The position numbers were made by a program, and so were the translations under genes. From positions 1 to 64,000 of the IMG/VR virus record IMGVR_UViG_3300048921_000363: a stretch of DNA of 64,000 nt; one strand, 5' to 3'. The DNA comes from a virus. Below are positions 17,391 through 27,261 of the stretch, in pieces; the first letter of the stretch is position 1; each line of letters starts with the position of its first letter. The notes beneath the pieces were generated by a model. The model saw nothing but the letters and a program-made list of their open reading frames with translations, was not told where the DNA came from and did no database searches.

Positions 17391-19835
17391 TTACACATCC
17401 GGTTGGTCGTACAGTTGGCGGTTCTGCAGCTGCTGTGTGGCCTGCTGCATTTGCTGCGCGATGAAGGGCTGCAGCTCCCGCGCCATCTGCGCCGGATCCT
17501 TGGCATCGCCCTGCACGGTGATGTGTAGCGGTGCCGAGATCTCGACCCGTTGTTCCATCTTCGGCGCCTCAGATCTGGCGACAGGCGTTGGTGCGGCCAG
17601 CAGTGCCGGCGGAACCGGGGCACTGGCGGGCGCCGCCAACGACCGGGCTACATCGCCCATCGCTGCAGGAGCCAATGGACCAGAGGCTGGCTTGGGCTCG
17701 AAAGACTTGGCAATGTCGCCCATCACCGGCGGCAGGTTTTTTCCAGCGTTGGCCATCATCAAGGGGCCTGCGTCCGGAACGCGCTTGAGCGACTCGTCGG
17801 TGCCGAACAATTTTTTGCCCAAAAACCCGCCGGCCGCATCGCCTCCCATATAACCGATATACCCTCCAATCGCTCCACCGACGATGTTGCCAATGATCGG
17901 TACCGCCGTGCCGATAGCAGCCCCGGCAGCCGCACCGGCCAAAGTGCCCGCTAGACTGCCGGCCGCTTGCCCGTAGCCTTCAGCCTTTTCGTCCTGAGTC
18001 TCGGCATTCTGGTAGGTGTCGTAGGCCTTGAAACCGGCGTCGATGGCCGCGAAGATCACCGGACCTTTCATGCCTTCGGTGATTTGGCCACCCCGCCCAC
18101 CACCTCTACTGCCGCCACCCTTACCACCTTTGCTCTTCTTGCCCTCCCCGCCGTTCATATCGCCGACATCCAGCCCACCCCCAGCCCCTGGCAGGTTGGT
18201 GACGATCACCTTTTGCGGAATATTCGGGTTGCCCATCAAGGTGCCACGCCCAAGGTTCATCAGGCCCTTTCCGACCTTGAACGCGCTGACGGCGCCCTTC
18301 AACGCCACCAGTCCAGCGACGGCCGTACCAATGCCCAGCGTGACCCGTGGAAACTCATCGGCAAAAACCGACAGCTTGCGGCTGACGTTGTTGATGCCGT
18401 CGGCCACGGCGTCGGTGACCGGTCGGATCGCATCGCCGATACTGCGCATGGCGTCGTCCATGGACTGGGCCATCTCGGACCACTTCTGCGCAGACGTCTG
18501 CCGGCGTTCAGCCAAGTTCTTGTCGAGGATCCCGGTGGCTCCGGCCGAGTCCTTTTTCAGCTGGTTGTACAGATCCTTGTTCTGCATGTACGCGGTCAAG
18601 GCTGCTTTCACCTGCATGTCAGCGAACAGGTCACCGGTGCGCAAAGCCTCCTCCAGCGACTTCATCATGGCCTTGGCTTTCTCGGGATCGGCCTCTTTGC
18701 TGATCGCCGCCGTGGCCTTGGCCATCTCGGCGGCTCGCTTCGGATCGGTGGCTTGGATGTATTTCTGGGCCAGGGCGAAACTGGACTCCAATGTCGACAT
18801 GCCGTTTTGCAAGCCCGTCTGCATCGACCCCTTGTAGTCGATACCGGCCTTTTTGTAGGCCTCGACCGTCTCGCCGGACCCGATTTTTTCCATCCAGTTT
18901 TTGAGGTTGTTCGCGGCTTCGTCCGAACCGCCGGCGGTCTTCATCTGCACCTGAAGCATCGCGCCGAGCTGCGTTACCGAGTCCATGCCGGTGATGCCCA
19001 ACTTGCCCATGCCGGCCAGCAGCTCAGGGAACCACTTGGCCATGTCGACCGCTTCGAAGCTACCTGCCTGGCCCTGATAGGCGATGGCTTCCAACGCCTT
19101 TTCCATTACCTTGGGATCAGTGATCTTGGCGTTCTGTCCCAGGGCGTTGATCATCTTGGCCGTTTCGGTGCCTTCCGATCCTTGGCCGATGGCAAACTTT
19201 GCCGCCGTCGGGGCATAAGCCAGCGCCTTGTCCAGTTCCATGCCGGCACCAACCAGGGCGTTGACCACCTCGGCCACCTGATTGCGTGCCATGCCGGTAT
19301 CGCGCGACGTGTCGATCACCGTCTTGGACAACTGCGCTTCTTCCGGTGAGTTGGCAATGTTGGCCTTGATCGCGATGTCACGAATGATCGCGCCGTAATC
19401 GGCACTGACCTTGGTCGGAATGGCTGCGGCGGCGGTCAGCGCACCGGCCTGACCGAGGGTGCTTTTCAGACCAGACCGACCTTCCTCGATCTGTCGATGC
19501 CCGAGTGCTTTGAGTTCGGCACCGGCGGCCACGCGGCCCATGGTGGCGTAAGCTTTGCTCAATCGCCCCACCTCGACGCCCTGTTTCTTCAGCAGTTCGA
19601 GGTTCTTTTCGTATTTGCTCAGCAGCTTGTCTGCACCTGCGGCACCGGTCATGTGCGCCTTGCGCCATTCATCACGCAAACGCATGGTGTCGCCGATGGT
19701 GTTCTGCAGGACTCGGGCTTTATTGCCCACCGAGTCCAGATGTTTGACCTTGCTTTCGACGTCCTTGAACGCTTTGCCTACCGTCGGATCGACGGCGCCG
19801 CCAATGACAAAGCCGAGCGCGAGGTTCTTCGCCAT
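17391..19835 (-). CDS. Tail tape measure protein
   Basis: 814 aa, Ala/Gly rich, AANNLKNW motif, C-terminal glycine zipper; synteny. Confidence 0.9.
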   Translation of the reverse strand: MAKNLALGFVIGGAVDPTVGKAFKDVESKVKHLDSVGNKARVLQNTIGDTMRLRDEWRKAHMTGAAGADKLLSKYEKNLELLKKQGVEVGRLSKAYATMGRVAAGAELKALGHRQIEEGRSGLKSTLGQAGALTAAAAIPTKVSADYGAIIRDIAIKANIANSPEEAQLSKTVIDTSRDTGMARNQVAEVVNALVGAGMELDKALAYAPTAAKFAIGQGSEGTETAKMINALGQNAKITDPKVMEKALEAIAYQGQAGSFEAVDMAKWFPELLAGMGKLGITGMDSVTQLGAMLQVQMKTAGGSDEAANNLKNWMEKIGSGETVEAYKKAGIDYKGSMQTGLQNGMSTLESSFALAQKYIQATDPKRAAEMAKATAAISKEADPEKAKAMMKSLEEALRTGDLFADMQVKAALTAYMQNKDLYNQLKKDSAGATGILDKNLAERRQTSAQKWSEMAQSMDDAMRSIGDAIRPVTDAVADGINNVSRKLSVFADEFPRVTLGIGTAVAGLVALKGAVSAFKVGKGLMNLGRGTLMGNPNIPQKVIVTNLPGAGGGLDVGDMNGGEGKKSKGGKGGGSRGGGRGGQITEGMKGPVIFAAIDAGFKAYDTYQNAETQDEKAEGYGQAAGSLAGTLAGAAAGAAIGTAVPIIGNIVGGAIGGYIGYMGGDAAGGFLGKKLFGTDESLKRVPDAGPLMMANAGKNLPPVMGDIAKSFEPKPASGPLAPAAMGDVARSLAAPASAPVPPALLAAPTPVARSEAPKMEQRVEISAPLHITVQGDAKDPAQMARELQPFIAQQMQQATQQLQNRQLYDQPDV

Positions 19836-19873
19836 GAGCATGCCTTATACGTCGGAAAGAGTTGAGCGGTGGC

Positions 19874-20014
19874 TCAGTCGGAGAGCCACCACACCAGTTC
19901 GTTGAAGGGCATGGCCGTAATTTCAGCCGCCGAGAACCCGGTCTCTTTGGCCATACGTTTGGCCAGCAGCTTCAACGTCGAGCCGTCGCATTTACTCGTC
20001 CGTGACCAGGCGAA
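19874..20014 (-). CDS. GpE'-like chaperone extension (reached by frameshift)
   Basis: +1 frame reads FAWSRTSKCDGSTLKLLAKRMAKETGFSAAEITAMPFNELVWWLSD-stop. Confidence 0.6.
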   Translation of the reverse strand, partial: FAWSRTSKCDGSTLKLLAKRMAKETGFSAAEITAMPFNELVWWLSD

Positions 20015-20306
20015 AATAGCCCGCCTGCAGGCGCAGGTAGTCGACCATTTTCAGTCCCATCAGATCTGCTTCGGGGGTCTGGGTCAGCGAAGCGAACAGC
20101 GACATTTCACGTTGCTCCGCGTCACCGTTGGACGACGCTTGTGCCGCCCGAACATCCCGCACGCAGGGCGCGCGCATCATCAGCGTGTCGACGGTCACAC
20201 CGGACAATTCAGTCGGGTATTTGAGGGTGATGCGAAAACCGTCGTCGGACAGTTGCAGCCATTTAGGCAGGGGCGATTCAGTAGTCGATTGCATGTCTTG
20301 CTTCAT
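19992..20306 (-). CDS. Tail assembly chaperone (GpE/gp41-like)
   Basis: MRAPCVRD...DYLRLQAGY; between tube and TMP. Confidence 0.85.
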   Translation of the reverse strand: MKQDMQSTTESPLPKWLQLSDDGFRITLKYPTELSGVTVDTLMMRAPCVRDVRAAQASSNGDAEQREMSLFASLTQTPEADLMGLKMVDYLRLQAGYFRLVTDE

Positions 20307-20316
20307 GTTTTTTTCC

Positions 20317-20820
20317 TTAAAGGCCTAGGGCGGAACGTTCGTCTGCGAGCTGGTCGACGCCGTCGATAACCAGCACCATGCCGACCATGTCGATCTCGTA
20401 AATCAATCGACCGCCGACTTCGAGCTTGTAGTAGGTCAATGCCATTGAGTGTTTGGTCTCGGCTTTTTCACCGGCCTTCCAGTCGCCCATGTCGACCTCT
20501 TTCAGACCGCCACGCATGGTGACGATCACCGGGGTGACCTTGCCCTGGAGGCCCTTGAACGTGCCGCGAAATACGGCATTGCAGGCGGTTCGGTCGGACA
20601 GTCCGAACCACTTCAACGCCTCACGACGCACGCCATTGGTGGTGAATCCGGACTCGAGTTTTTCGACACCGACCGGGATCTCGATCTCACCGGCCATGCC
20701 ACCGCCACGATAGGTTTCGGTTTTCAGCACGACCTTGGGCAAGGTAACGCTCGGCACATCGCCGGCAAAACTTACGCCGTCGATAAACGCCGCGCAGTTG
20801 GACAAAACTTCAGGCTTCAT
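20317..20820 (-). CDS. Major tail tube protein FII
   Basis: YRGGGMAG, YYKLEVGG..EID motifs. Confidence 0.92.
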   Translation of the reverse strand: MKPEVLSNCAAFIDGVSFAGDVPSVTLPKVVLKTETYRGGGMAGEIEIPVGVEKLESGFTTNGVRREALKWFGLSDRTACNAVFRGTFKGLQGKVTPVIVTMRGGLKEVDMGDWKAGEKAETKHSMALTYYKLEVGGRLIYEIDMVGMVLVIDGVDQLADERSALGL

Positions 20821-20832
20821 CGGGTGGCCTCC

Positions 20833-21999
20833 TTAGGCGGCTTCAAGCACTTCGGTCATCCATTGGTTGGTGACTTCGAAGAGGAAATTTGGGTTCTCGG
20901 CCGGCGGTACGTCGGTAAAGCGAATTCGCCAGTACACCTTGCCCTGCTCGATCTGACTGGCCGTGTTCAGCTCTTCATCGGCGAACACTTCGAAGTTGAT
21001 CACCGCGCCCTGATTTTTCAGGTCGCGCATGAACGCTTCCAGGCCGTCGGTAACGTCCTTGACGTAGGTCTTGGTGATTGAGCGGTCGACCGCCCACTTG
21101 TGGCCGGCCTGCACCGCGTCCATGAGGATGAACAGCGTGCGCACGCGGGTGACGAACGCCCATTTCGGATCGCTCGACAGGGTGCGGTTGCCCCACAGCC
21201 GGTAGCCGTCGTCGCGAATGATCGTGGTGATGTTCGCGTTGTTGAGCAGGTTAGCTCGGCAGGTTTCGTCGCCGTCCAGGTACTCGACCGCGCGAGTGGT
21301 ACCGGTGATGCCAGTGAACTCCTTGTTCGAAGGCGAGGCCCAGAAGCCGTAGGTGGCATCCGTCCAGGCGAACAGACCGGCAGTCCACGCCGATCCCGGC
21401 GCATCAACGGTCTTGCTGGCATCGGTGTCCCAGAACTGCACGCCAGGGTCGACCATGAACAGGTTGCGGCTGCCGAAGTTGTCGGCGTAGGCCATGGCGG
21501 CCTCATCGGTGGTGCACGGCCCATCGATGATGGCGATGGCCCGCAGCTTTTGCGCGAGGGCATCCATCGCCGTGGCTATCGCTTGAGTAGCCGAGTGACC
21601 TGGTGCGATCAGCAGTCGCGGCTGTGCGTTAAACAGGCTCTTGCCATCGAGCAGCGCCTGCAGCCCGGTACGCTGACCTGAGACCAGAACGCCACCGATG
21701 ATCGCCGAGGTCTGCAGCGCCGGGTCGTCCATCTTCGGCACACCGATGGCGACGATCACCGCCTTGGCCTTGGTGTAGATCGCCTGGCAGGCTTTCGTGA
21801 TCGCAGCCCCCGCGCCGAAGGCGGCAATGGCTTCACGCTCGGTGGTGATCAGTTTGAGTTCACCGGCTTTAGCTGTACCGCCGCCGACTAGGCCGGGAGT
21901 GAAGGTGTCGCACAGGCCGATGATCGACGAGGACGGCAACGAGATGGTGCGTGCGCCAGTATCGACTGAAGTAGTCGTGACGCCGTGAAAGAAACTCAT
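20833..21999 (-). CDS. Tail sheath protein FI
   Basis: FFHGVT, WASPSN, GYRLWGNRT motifs. Confidence 0.95.
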   Translation of the reverse strand: MSFFHGVTTTSVDTGARTISLPSSSIIGLCDTFTPGLVGGGTAKAGELKLITTEREAIAAFGAGAAITKACQAIYTKAKAVIVAIGVPKMDDPALQTSAIIGGVLVSGQRTGLQALLDGKSLFNAQPRLLIAPGHSATQAIATAMDALAQKLRAIAIIDGPCTTDEAAMAYADNFGSRNLFMVDPGVQFWDTDASKTVDAPGSAWTAGLFAWTDATYGFWASPSNKEFTGITGTTRAVEYLDGDETCRANLLNNANITTIIRDDGYRLWGNRTLSSDPKWAFVTRVRTLFILMDAVQAGHKWAVDRSITKTYVKDVTDGLEAFMRDLKNQGAVINFEVFADEELNTASQIEQGKVYWRIRFTDVPPAENPNFLFEVTNQWMTEVLEAA

Positions 22000-22067
22000 A
22001 GAGGTCAATCTCCAGAAACGAAAAAGCCCCGCATCGCGAGGCTCTGAGAGTTTTTAAGGGTGGAAAA

Positions 22068-22093
22068 GAAAACGCCCCGTCATTGCGGGGCGT
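22068..22093. terminator. Intrinsic terminator hairpin after tail fibre genes
   Basis: AAAACGCCCCG TCATTG CGGGGCGT. Confidence 0.6.
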
Positions 22094-22528
22094 CTATGGT
22101 GTTTGGTCGGCAATCCACAGGGGGCGCACAGGTCGGGCAGCGGCATCGGGGAAACCCTCCGTCACCGGCCAGTCTCGCAGCTGCTGCAGGTACGTCATCA
22201 GCTCCTTGTATTGCTCACTGTCCAACGTGGTCTTGCTGACGAACTCCAACTCATCCCGGTGACGCTCACGCAGCCACTTGATGCTTTCAATTTCAGCATC
22301 ACGCCACGCCCGTTCACGGGCCAGCTCAGTGCCAGGGTCGGCCACCGCCTCCACCAGTTCGGGCTGGCCATTTTTATCCAGCTGGATGACCTTCCCGGCA
22401 TATTCCCCTGCCAATAACTGCGCGTGCAGCGCCGGGGAAATCTCCACCGCATCTGCCGGAATACTTTTGGCAGAGTGCGTAGCCGTGTTGAAGAAACTGC
22501 GACTTAGCGCGTGGTAAAAAACGGACAT
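22094..22528 (-). CDS. Tail fibre assembly chaperone
   Basis: IPADAVEIS, ERAWRD, YLQQLRDWP..FP motifs. Confidence 0.85.
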   Translation of the reverse strand: MSVFYHALSRSFFNTATHSAKSIPADAVEISPALHAQLLAGEYAGKVIQLDKNGQPELVEAVADPGTELARERAWRDAEIESIKWLRERHRDELEFVSKTTLDSEQYKELMTYLQQLRDWPVTEGFPDAAARPVRPLWIADQTP

Positions 22529-22538
22529 TACCGCCCCC

Positions 22539-24020
22539 TCAGTATCCGATGGCCCACCAGGAGATTCGTCCCGGCGATGCCGTGTAGTTGTTCTGCAGCC
22601 TCAGCACCGACTTGGACATGATGACCGCACCAGGTGCAAAGGCCGACGTGGTGCTCATGGTCGAATAATCCATGTTCGCAAAAGCGCGCAACGCCGCCGT
22701 GGGAAAGACCATCGGAAACGATACGTCACGTACAGGCCCTATAGCGCCCACCGTGGCGGACGCCTGTGGGATATCGGTCAGTACGCCCCATTGCAGAATG
22801 AAGCCGCCCAGCCACGTCGGTAGCGCGACATAACCATTATCGCCGATCATCATCGAAACGCCGGCGCGCAGTTTTTTGGGGCTCACGGCCGTGCTGTCGT
22901 CCGTCCCCGTGTTGACTGCCAATTGGCTTGCGATGCGCACGAGCCCCAATATGCTTTCAGTGGCCTGTACCACCTTGGCGTTGATCGCCTGGAACACCCG
23001 CAACGCGCTCATGGGCTTGTTGGTGTCCGCACCGGTTTCCGCTTCGACCTGACTCGCGAAGGACACACCGTAGCCGGCCAGCGAGGTCGGCGTGGCGACT
23101 AGCGTTGACCAGTTCAGGGCCGAGAGGCCGCCACCGTTGCCATACAGCACGCCCTCGACATAGACCCCGGTCGACGTGACGCGCACTCCGTTACCCGTAC
23201 CGGAGGCCCACGGTGTCTGGCCCAATCCCATGTAGATGCAGTTGAGCGCGTTGTTATTACCCCATGCACCCAGCCCGCCCAGAACAGGGCAAGCACCGGC
23301 ATTGCTTCGCGCGTGAACGCCCCCCTCCCAAGACGGCACGGCGACGGCGATGACATCAAGACTGCTGCCGTTAAGCATGCGGATATTGCCGGCAACGTCA
23401 CCGCCCGAAGTGGTCAACGCGTCGGTGATGCCATAACCGGCCAGCGTGGTGGGACTGGAGCCGCTTTGCACAATGCCGCGCGCGTTGATCGTGACCTTGG
23501 TATAGGTGCCGGCCTCCTTGTTTAACGGCAGCACCTCCAGAATTGCCGCGTCGACGAAGGCCCGGGTAGCCAGCACCACGGCCGGATCAATCTTGAGCTG
23601 AATATTGCCCGTGTTGCTGACAATAAAATTCATCCGCACGATCTGCGTCCGGCCCGAGCCTTGCGACAGCAGGGGCTTGAAGCTCGGCGCGCAGTTGGCC
23701 ACCGCGACCAGGTCGCCATCGGCGTCGTACAGGCCGATCTCGCGAATCCACCGCCCGCCCTCGTCCGCCGGGATGACCTGCTCGGCAATCAGCACTGCCG
23801 GGTTGACCGGGTCGAGTAAAAGTCGATTGAGCGGCTTGCGCCGCCACTCGTTGATCAGCCTGGTCTGGCCCTCCGAGGGAATGACTGGGTCGACGTTGTT
23901 GGCATCACCCACGCCCATTTCGGTGATTTTCCAGGGTATGCCGAGCGCGTCGGCATTCGCCTGTTTGGCCATCCCCACCTTTGTGAGAATGGCGAAAAAC
24001 TGCGTATTCGCATCAGTCAT
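22539..24020 (-). CDS. Tail fibre protein (P2 gpH-like N-term, gp53-like C-term)
   Basis: GGRWIREIGLYD, IDPAVVLATR, two PTxLAGYG repeats, GFILQWG. Confidence 0.9.
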   Translation of the reverse strand: MTDANTQFFAILTKVGMAKQANADALGIPWKITEMGVGDANNVDPVIPSEGQTRLINEWRRKPLNRLLLDPVNPAVLIAEQVIPADEGGRWIREIGLYDADGDLVAVANCAPSFKPLLSQGSGRTQIVRMNFIVSNTGNIQLKIDPAVVLATRAFVDAAILEVLPLNKEAGTYTKVTINARGIVQSGSSPTTLAGYGITDALTTSGGDVAGNIRMLNGSSLDVIAVAVPSWEGGVHARSNAGACPVLGGLGAWGNNNALNCIYMGLGQTPWASGTGNGVRVTSTGVYVEGVLYGNGGGLSALNWSTLVATPTSLAGYGVSFASQVEAETGADTNKPMSALRVFQAINAKVVQATESILGLVRIASQLAVNTGTDDSTAVSPKKLRAGVSMMIGDNGYVALPTWLGGFILQWGVLTDIPQASATVGAIGPVRDVSFPMVFPTAALRAFANMDYSTMSTTSAFAPGAVIMSKSVLRLQNNYTASPGRISWWAIGY

Positions 24021-24622
24021 GGATAGATGTCCAGAGTGTCTATGGTGTGTTCGCGCCCAACCACGCCGAAGCTGCCCGTGACTTCGATGTCACGCATCAC
24101 TGGTGGGTACACGTCGATCTCGTCGCCTTCGTAGAGGGACGCTGCAATGTTCAGATGACCTTGAGTTTCAAGGCTGATAGCCAGCCCGGTGAGCTGCCGA
24201 CTGACCGGCTTGGCGTCATCGATCAAGCGTTCCAGCTCGAGGTACATTTCCTCGGTGATGCCTGTGTCGAGGACACCAACCTTTAGCGCGAAGGTGCCCG
24301 GCACGCCCTCCGGCTTGGTCTGCCACCATTCCAGCACCTCAATCAGGTAGCCAAGCGGTTCGACCACCCGGCGCAGCGCGCCGATGGTGCCCTTGTGCTT
24401 GTGGATATAGAACGATGCCTTGATCGCGGCGCGCTTGACCGGCTCCGGCCACGCCGGATCCCAGCGGTCGACGGACCAGGCCCAAGCCAGGTGTGGCAGC
24501 AAATGCACGGGACAGGTGTCGGGGTTGTACAGCGTGCGTAACGGAATCAACGTGGTCTCAGCGAAGGTCGCTTCGATACCCCGTTCCAATGGAGTGCTGT
24601 TGAGCGGCAAGAGACTGCGCAT
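24017..24622 (-). CDS. Tail protein I
   Basis: LLPHLAWAWSVDRW, HKHKGT motifs. Confidence 0.92.
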   Translation of the reverse strand: MRSLLPLNSTPLERGIEATFAETTLIPLRTLYNPDTCPVHLLPHLAWAWSVDRWDPAWPEPVKRAAIKASFYIHKHKGTIGALRRVVEPLGYLIEVLEWWQTKPEGVPGTFALKVGVLDTGITEEMYLELERLIDDAKPVSRQLTGLAISLETQGHLNIAASLYEGDEIDVYPPVMRDIEVTGSFGVVGREHTIDTLDIYP

Positions 24623-25507
24623 TTAACCTCCCAGTACGACGGTGTAACCCGTGCAGTAAGCGGCCTGTGCCTTGGTGGGTTTCAAATCCTGCCAATCCTT
24701 GAGCTCGACCCGCCCGACGCCGGCGACATGCAGCTGCGCATCGACACCGGACCGAGCCACCTCGACGCCCAGGCGGCGCCGAGGATTGATCCAGGCCTCC
24801 AACCGACGGATCGCCTCCGTGAGCGCGGCGTCGTTCTCCGGGCCGCTGCCCTTCATGTGCAGAACGGCATCCACGCGATAACGCAGGATCTCGGTGCCGC
24901 GCACGGTGACGCGGTCACCGACAGGGCGCACGTCATCGTCATTCACGGCCGCCGCGACCAAGGCCAGCAACTCCGGCCCGGCCGTCCCGTCGCCTTCCAG
25001 TCCCAGCACCGTGACGTCGACGCAGGCCGGCGCCGGACTTTCGGCCGTCGCATCGGCCACCAGCGCCGAGGCGTTCCGAGCATGGAGGATGTAGCTGTTG
25101 CGCGGCCCGGCTGTGGTCAGTCCTTCGTAGGCCAGCTGCACCCGTTCACGCAGCGCATCGTGGGACTCCATCACCGCCTCCACCGGCGGCACGGCCAACG
25201 GGTCCGCCGCCTGGATAACCAAGCGTTTGAGGTTGACGTTGGCGGCCAGGTGATCCAGATCAGTGCCGGTGGCATAGGCCAACAACTGGGCCTTCGCCGC
25301 GTCGTTGACTCTCGCCCGATTGCCGAGCTTGATGTAGCTGCCGACCTCCAGCAGCTTGGTCACCGGATCGCTCTCCAGCGAGGCCGTCCAGTTCTGCCCC
25401 ATGTGCCCACGAAACACGCCGAGCGCTTCGCTGTACGTATCTTCGAAATCCAGCGGCTCCAGCACGTCCGGCGCCGGCAGCTCCGACAGATCTACCAGGG
25501 TACTCAT
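24623..25507 (-). CDS. Baseplate J protein
   Basis: LESDP, DLDHLAA, TAGPRNSY, VRPVGDRV. Confidence 0.92.
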   Translation of the reverse strand: MSTLVDLSELPAPDVLEPLDFEDTYSEALGVFRGHMGQNWTASLESDPVTKLLEVGSYIKLGNRARVNDAAKAQLLAYATGTDLDHLAANVNLKRLVIQAADPLAVPPVEAVMESHDALRERVQLAYEGLTTAGPRNSYILHARNASALVADATAESPAPACVDVTVLGLEGDGTAGPELLALVAAAVNDDDVRPVGDRVTVRGTEILRYRVDAVLHMKGSGPENDAALTEAIRRLEAWINPRRRLGVEVARSGVDAQLHVAGVGRVELKDWQDLKPTKAQAAYCTGYTVVLGG

Positions 25508-25830
25508 ACCCACACCTCCAACGTGCCGCGTTCACCGAGGTACTCGCCGCTGATCTTGAAATTGATTTGACCGCCCAGGACGGAGACCACCACGACGCGC
25601 TCAAGCTTGAGCCGTGGCTCCCATTGGTTGAGCGCCCGCACAGCCTCAGCCTGCGCCGCGCTTTTCCAGCCTTCGTTGATGGGCAGGTCGACCATGCGCC
25701 GTAGCTTGCTGCCGTACTCCGGCCGTTCGCGACGGCTCAGCAGCGGTGTGCCGAGGATGTCCCCAACCGACTGACGTAAATGCTCGATACCGGAGATGGG
25801 CTGCCCGGTGTGGCGATCCATTCCGATCAT
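25504..25830 (-). CDS. Baseplate W (GPW/gp25)
   Basis: HLRQSVGDILGTP..SR..RPEYGS, WEPR. Confidence 0.92.
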   Translation of the reverse strand: MIGMDRHTGQPISGIEHLRQSVGDILGTPLLSRRERPEYGSKLRRMVDLPINEGWKSAAQAEAVRALNQWEPRLKLERVVVVSVLGGQINFKISGEYLGERGTLEVWV

Positions 25831-25835
25831 CGGGT

Positions 25836-26099
25836 TTACTCCTTGAGCTGCTCGTATTCAGGGTGGGCCTTGAGACACTTCAGCGCGATGTCATCGCCCG
25901 CCTCGACCGAGACCAGGCTCTTGATCACGGGAAGCATGCGACCGTCCGGAAGGATCACCGTGCGTGAGCTGTAGAGGGTGTCGCGGAACTTGATAAACTG
26001 GTCAGAGGTTTGTCCGGGGAATCCCTGAGCAACAGGGACAAGCCCTGATACTGGCTGGGCATCCACAATCGCCTCGACTTCAGGTTTGGCCTTAGTCAT
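25836..26099 (-). CDS. Hypothetical phage protein
   Basis: 87 aa ORF with GGAG RBS between V and W. Confidence 0.65.
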   Translation of the reverse strand: MTKAKPEVEAIVDAQPVSGLVPVAQGFPGQTSDQFIKFRDTLYSSRTVILPDGRMLPVIKSLVSVEAGDDIALKCLKAHPEYEQLKE

Positions 26100-26154
26100 A
26101 AATATCTCCAGGCATGAAAAAGCCCGCGCACGGCGGGCTGGGTGGATGGGGTGA

Positions 26155-26742
26155 TCAATGTTTGTGGTTGGCAGTGTTGCCGGTAGTGTCCAGGATTGCG
26201 CCGTCGCTGGTGATGTTCTGCGTGGCGTGCAGTGGCCCGTCGATATTGACCGGTCCCTTGATGTTCACTTTCCCTTCGAGTTCGATCGTTCCCGACTTCA
26301 CGGTGACAGCGTTGTCGGTTACCTCGGCCTGGGTCGCCCCGACCTTGATGGTGACCGTGCCGGTCGGCAGGGTGATGCTGTAAATGCTGTCCTGCCAGTC
26401 GTAGACCAGACGCCCGCCATCCTCGAAATGCCAGACTTCGACGTGGTCGCGGTTGTCCGGTGGCGGGCCACCGTTACCATACAGGCCAGGAATGAATGTG
26501 CCCTGTGCCACGTCACCGCTAGCACTGATCAGGGTGCCCTGCTCGTTCAGGCTCGGCGCTCGCCAGTGACGCGCCTTGCCTGCAGCGACGCTGTGCCAGC
26601 GCACCCAGCCGCTGACCCATTCACCGTCCGACACGCGGCAGGCCGGTGGTGATGAGGTAAGGTCGACTGCGACCACATAGCAGTCCTTGACCAATCCGGC
26701 GAGCATGCGGTCATGCTGCGCCGCGACGTAACTGGCACTCAT
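26155..26742 (-). CDS. Baseplate assembly/spike protein V
   Basis: WRAPSLNEQ, FEDGG..YD, C-terminal HKH. Confidence 0.9.
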   Translation of the reverse strand: MSASYVAAQHDRMLAGLVKDCYVVAVDLTSSPPACRVSDGEWVSGWVRWHSVAAGKARHWRAPSLNEQGTLISASGDVAQGTFIPGLYGNGGPPPDNRDHVEVWHFEDGGRLVYDWQDSIYSITLPTGTVTIKVGATQAEVTDNAVTVKSGTIELEGKVNIKGPVNIDGPLHATQNITSDGAILDTTGNTANHKH

Positions 26743-27260
26743 GGCACGTCCTCCGGACGGAACGGACCATCGCCCGGTTCGATGTTCAGCATCAGGGTGC
26801 CCGGTGGCTGATCCGGCCATGGCCATTCGGCGTCACCGAGGTAAATCTGCTGTGTCCACTCCACCACCCAGACGGTGTAGCCGTCCAACTCGGGCTTAGT
26901 CCAGTCCGGTATGGCCTGCACGAACTCGGCCGGTTCGACCCGCACACCCCAGCTCTGCATGCGCAGCAGTGCGGCAAGGTGGCCGGCCAGAAACACCGCC
27001 TGCTGATGGTGATCCGGCTGGATAGGATCAGTGATGACCCGCGCCTCGAACTTATAGGCCAAACCAGTTTCGCCCGTTCCCGGGTCAAGTCCCGGCTCCA
27101 TCTCGGCCAGCTCAATCAGCACCGCCGGCAACGGTAGGCGATCCAGGTCATTCGGCCACATGGTCACGGCCTGCAGACTCGGGAAGTGATCCTGAATGCG
27201 CCGCTCAATGGCGTGATACAACTGCTCAAGACTGAACGGCTCGTCGACTTGATCCGTCAC
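26739..27260 (-). CDS. Tail terminator-like protein (pyocin PA0615-like)
   Basis: PAVLIELAE, WVVEWTQQIYLG; synteny. Confidence 0.65.
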   Translation of the reverse strand: MTDQVDEPFSLEQLYHAIERRIQDHFPSLQAVTMWPNDLDRLPLPAVLIELAEMEPGLDPGTGETGLAYKFEARVITDPIQPDHHQQAVFLAGHLAALLRMQSWGVRVEPAEFVQAIPDWTKPELDGYTVWVVEWTQQIYLGDAEWPWPDQPPGTLMLNIEPGDGPFRPEDVP

Positions 27261-27261
27261 G

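Noticed and set aside
22539-24020. Diversity-generating retroelement or invertible tail-fibre segment
   Set aside because: No reverse transcriptase, invertase, template repeat or inverted crossover sites seen; internal repeats are ordinary fibre motifs
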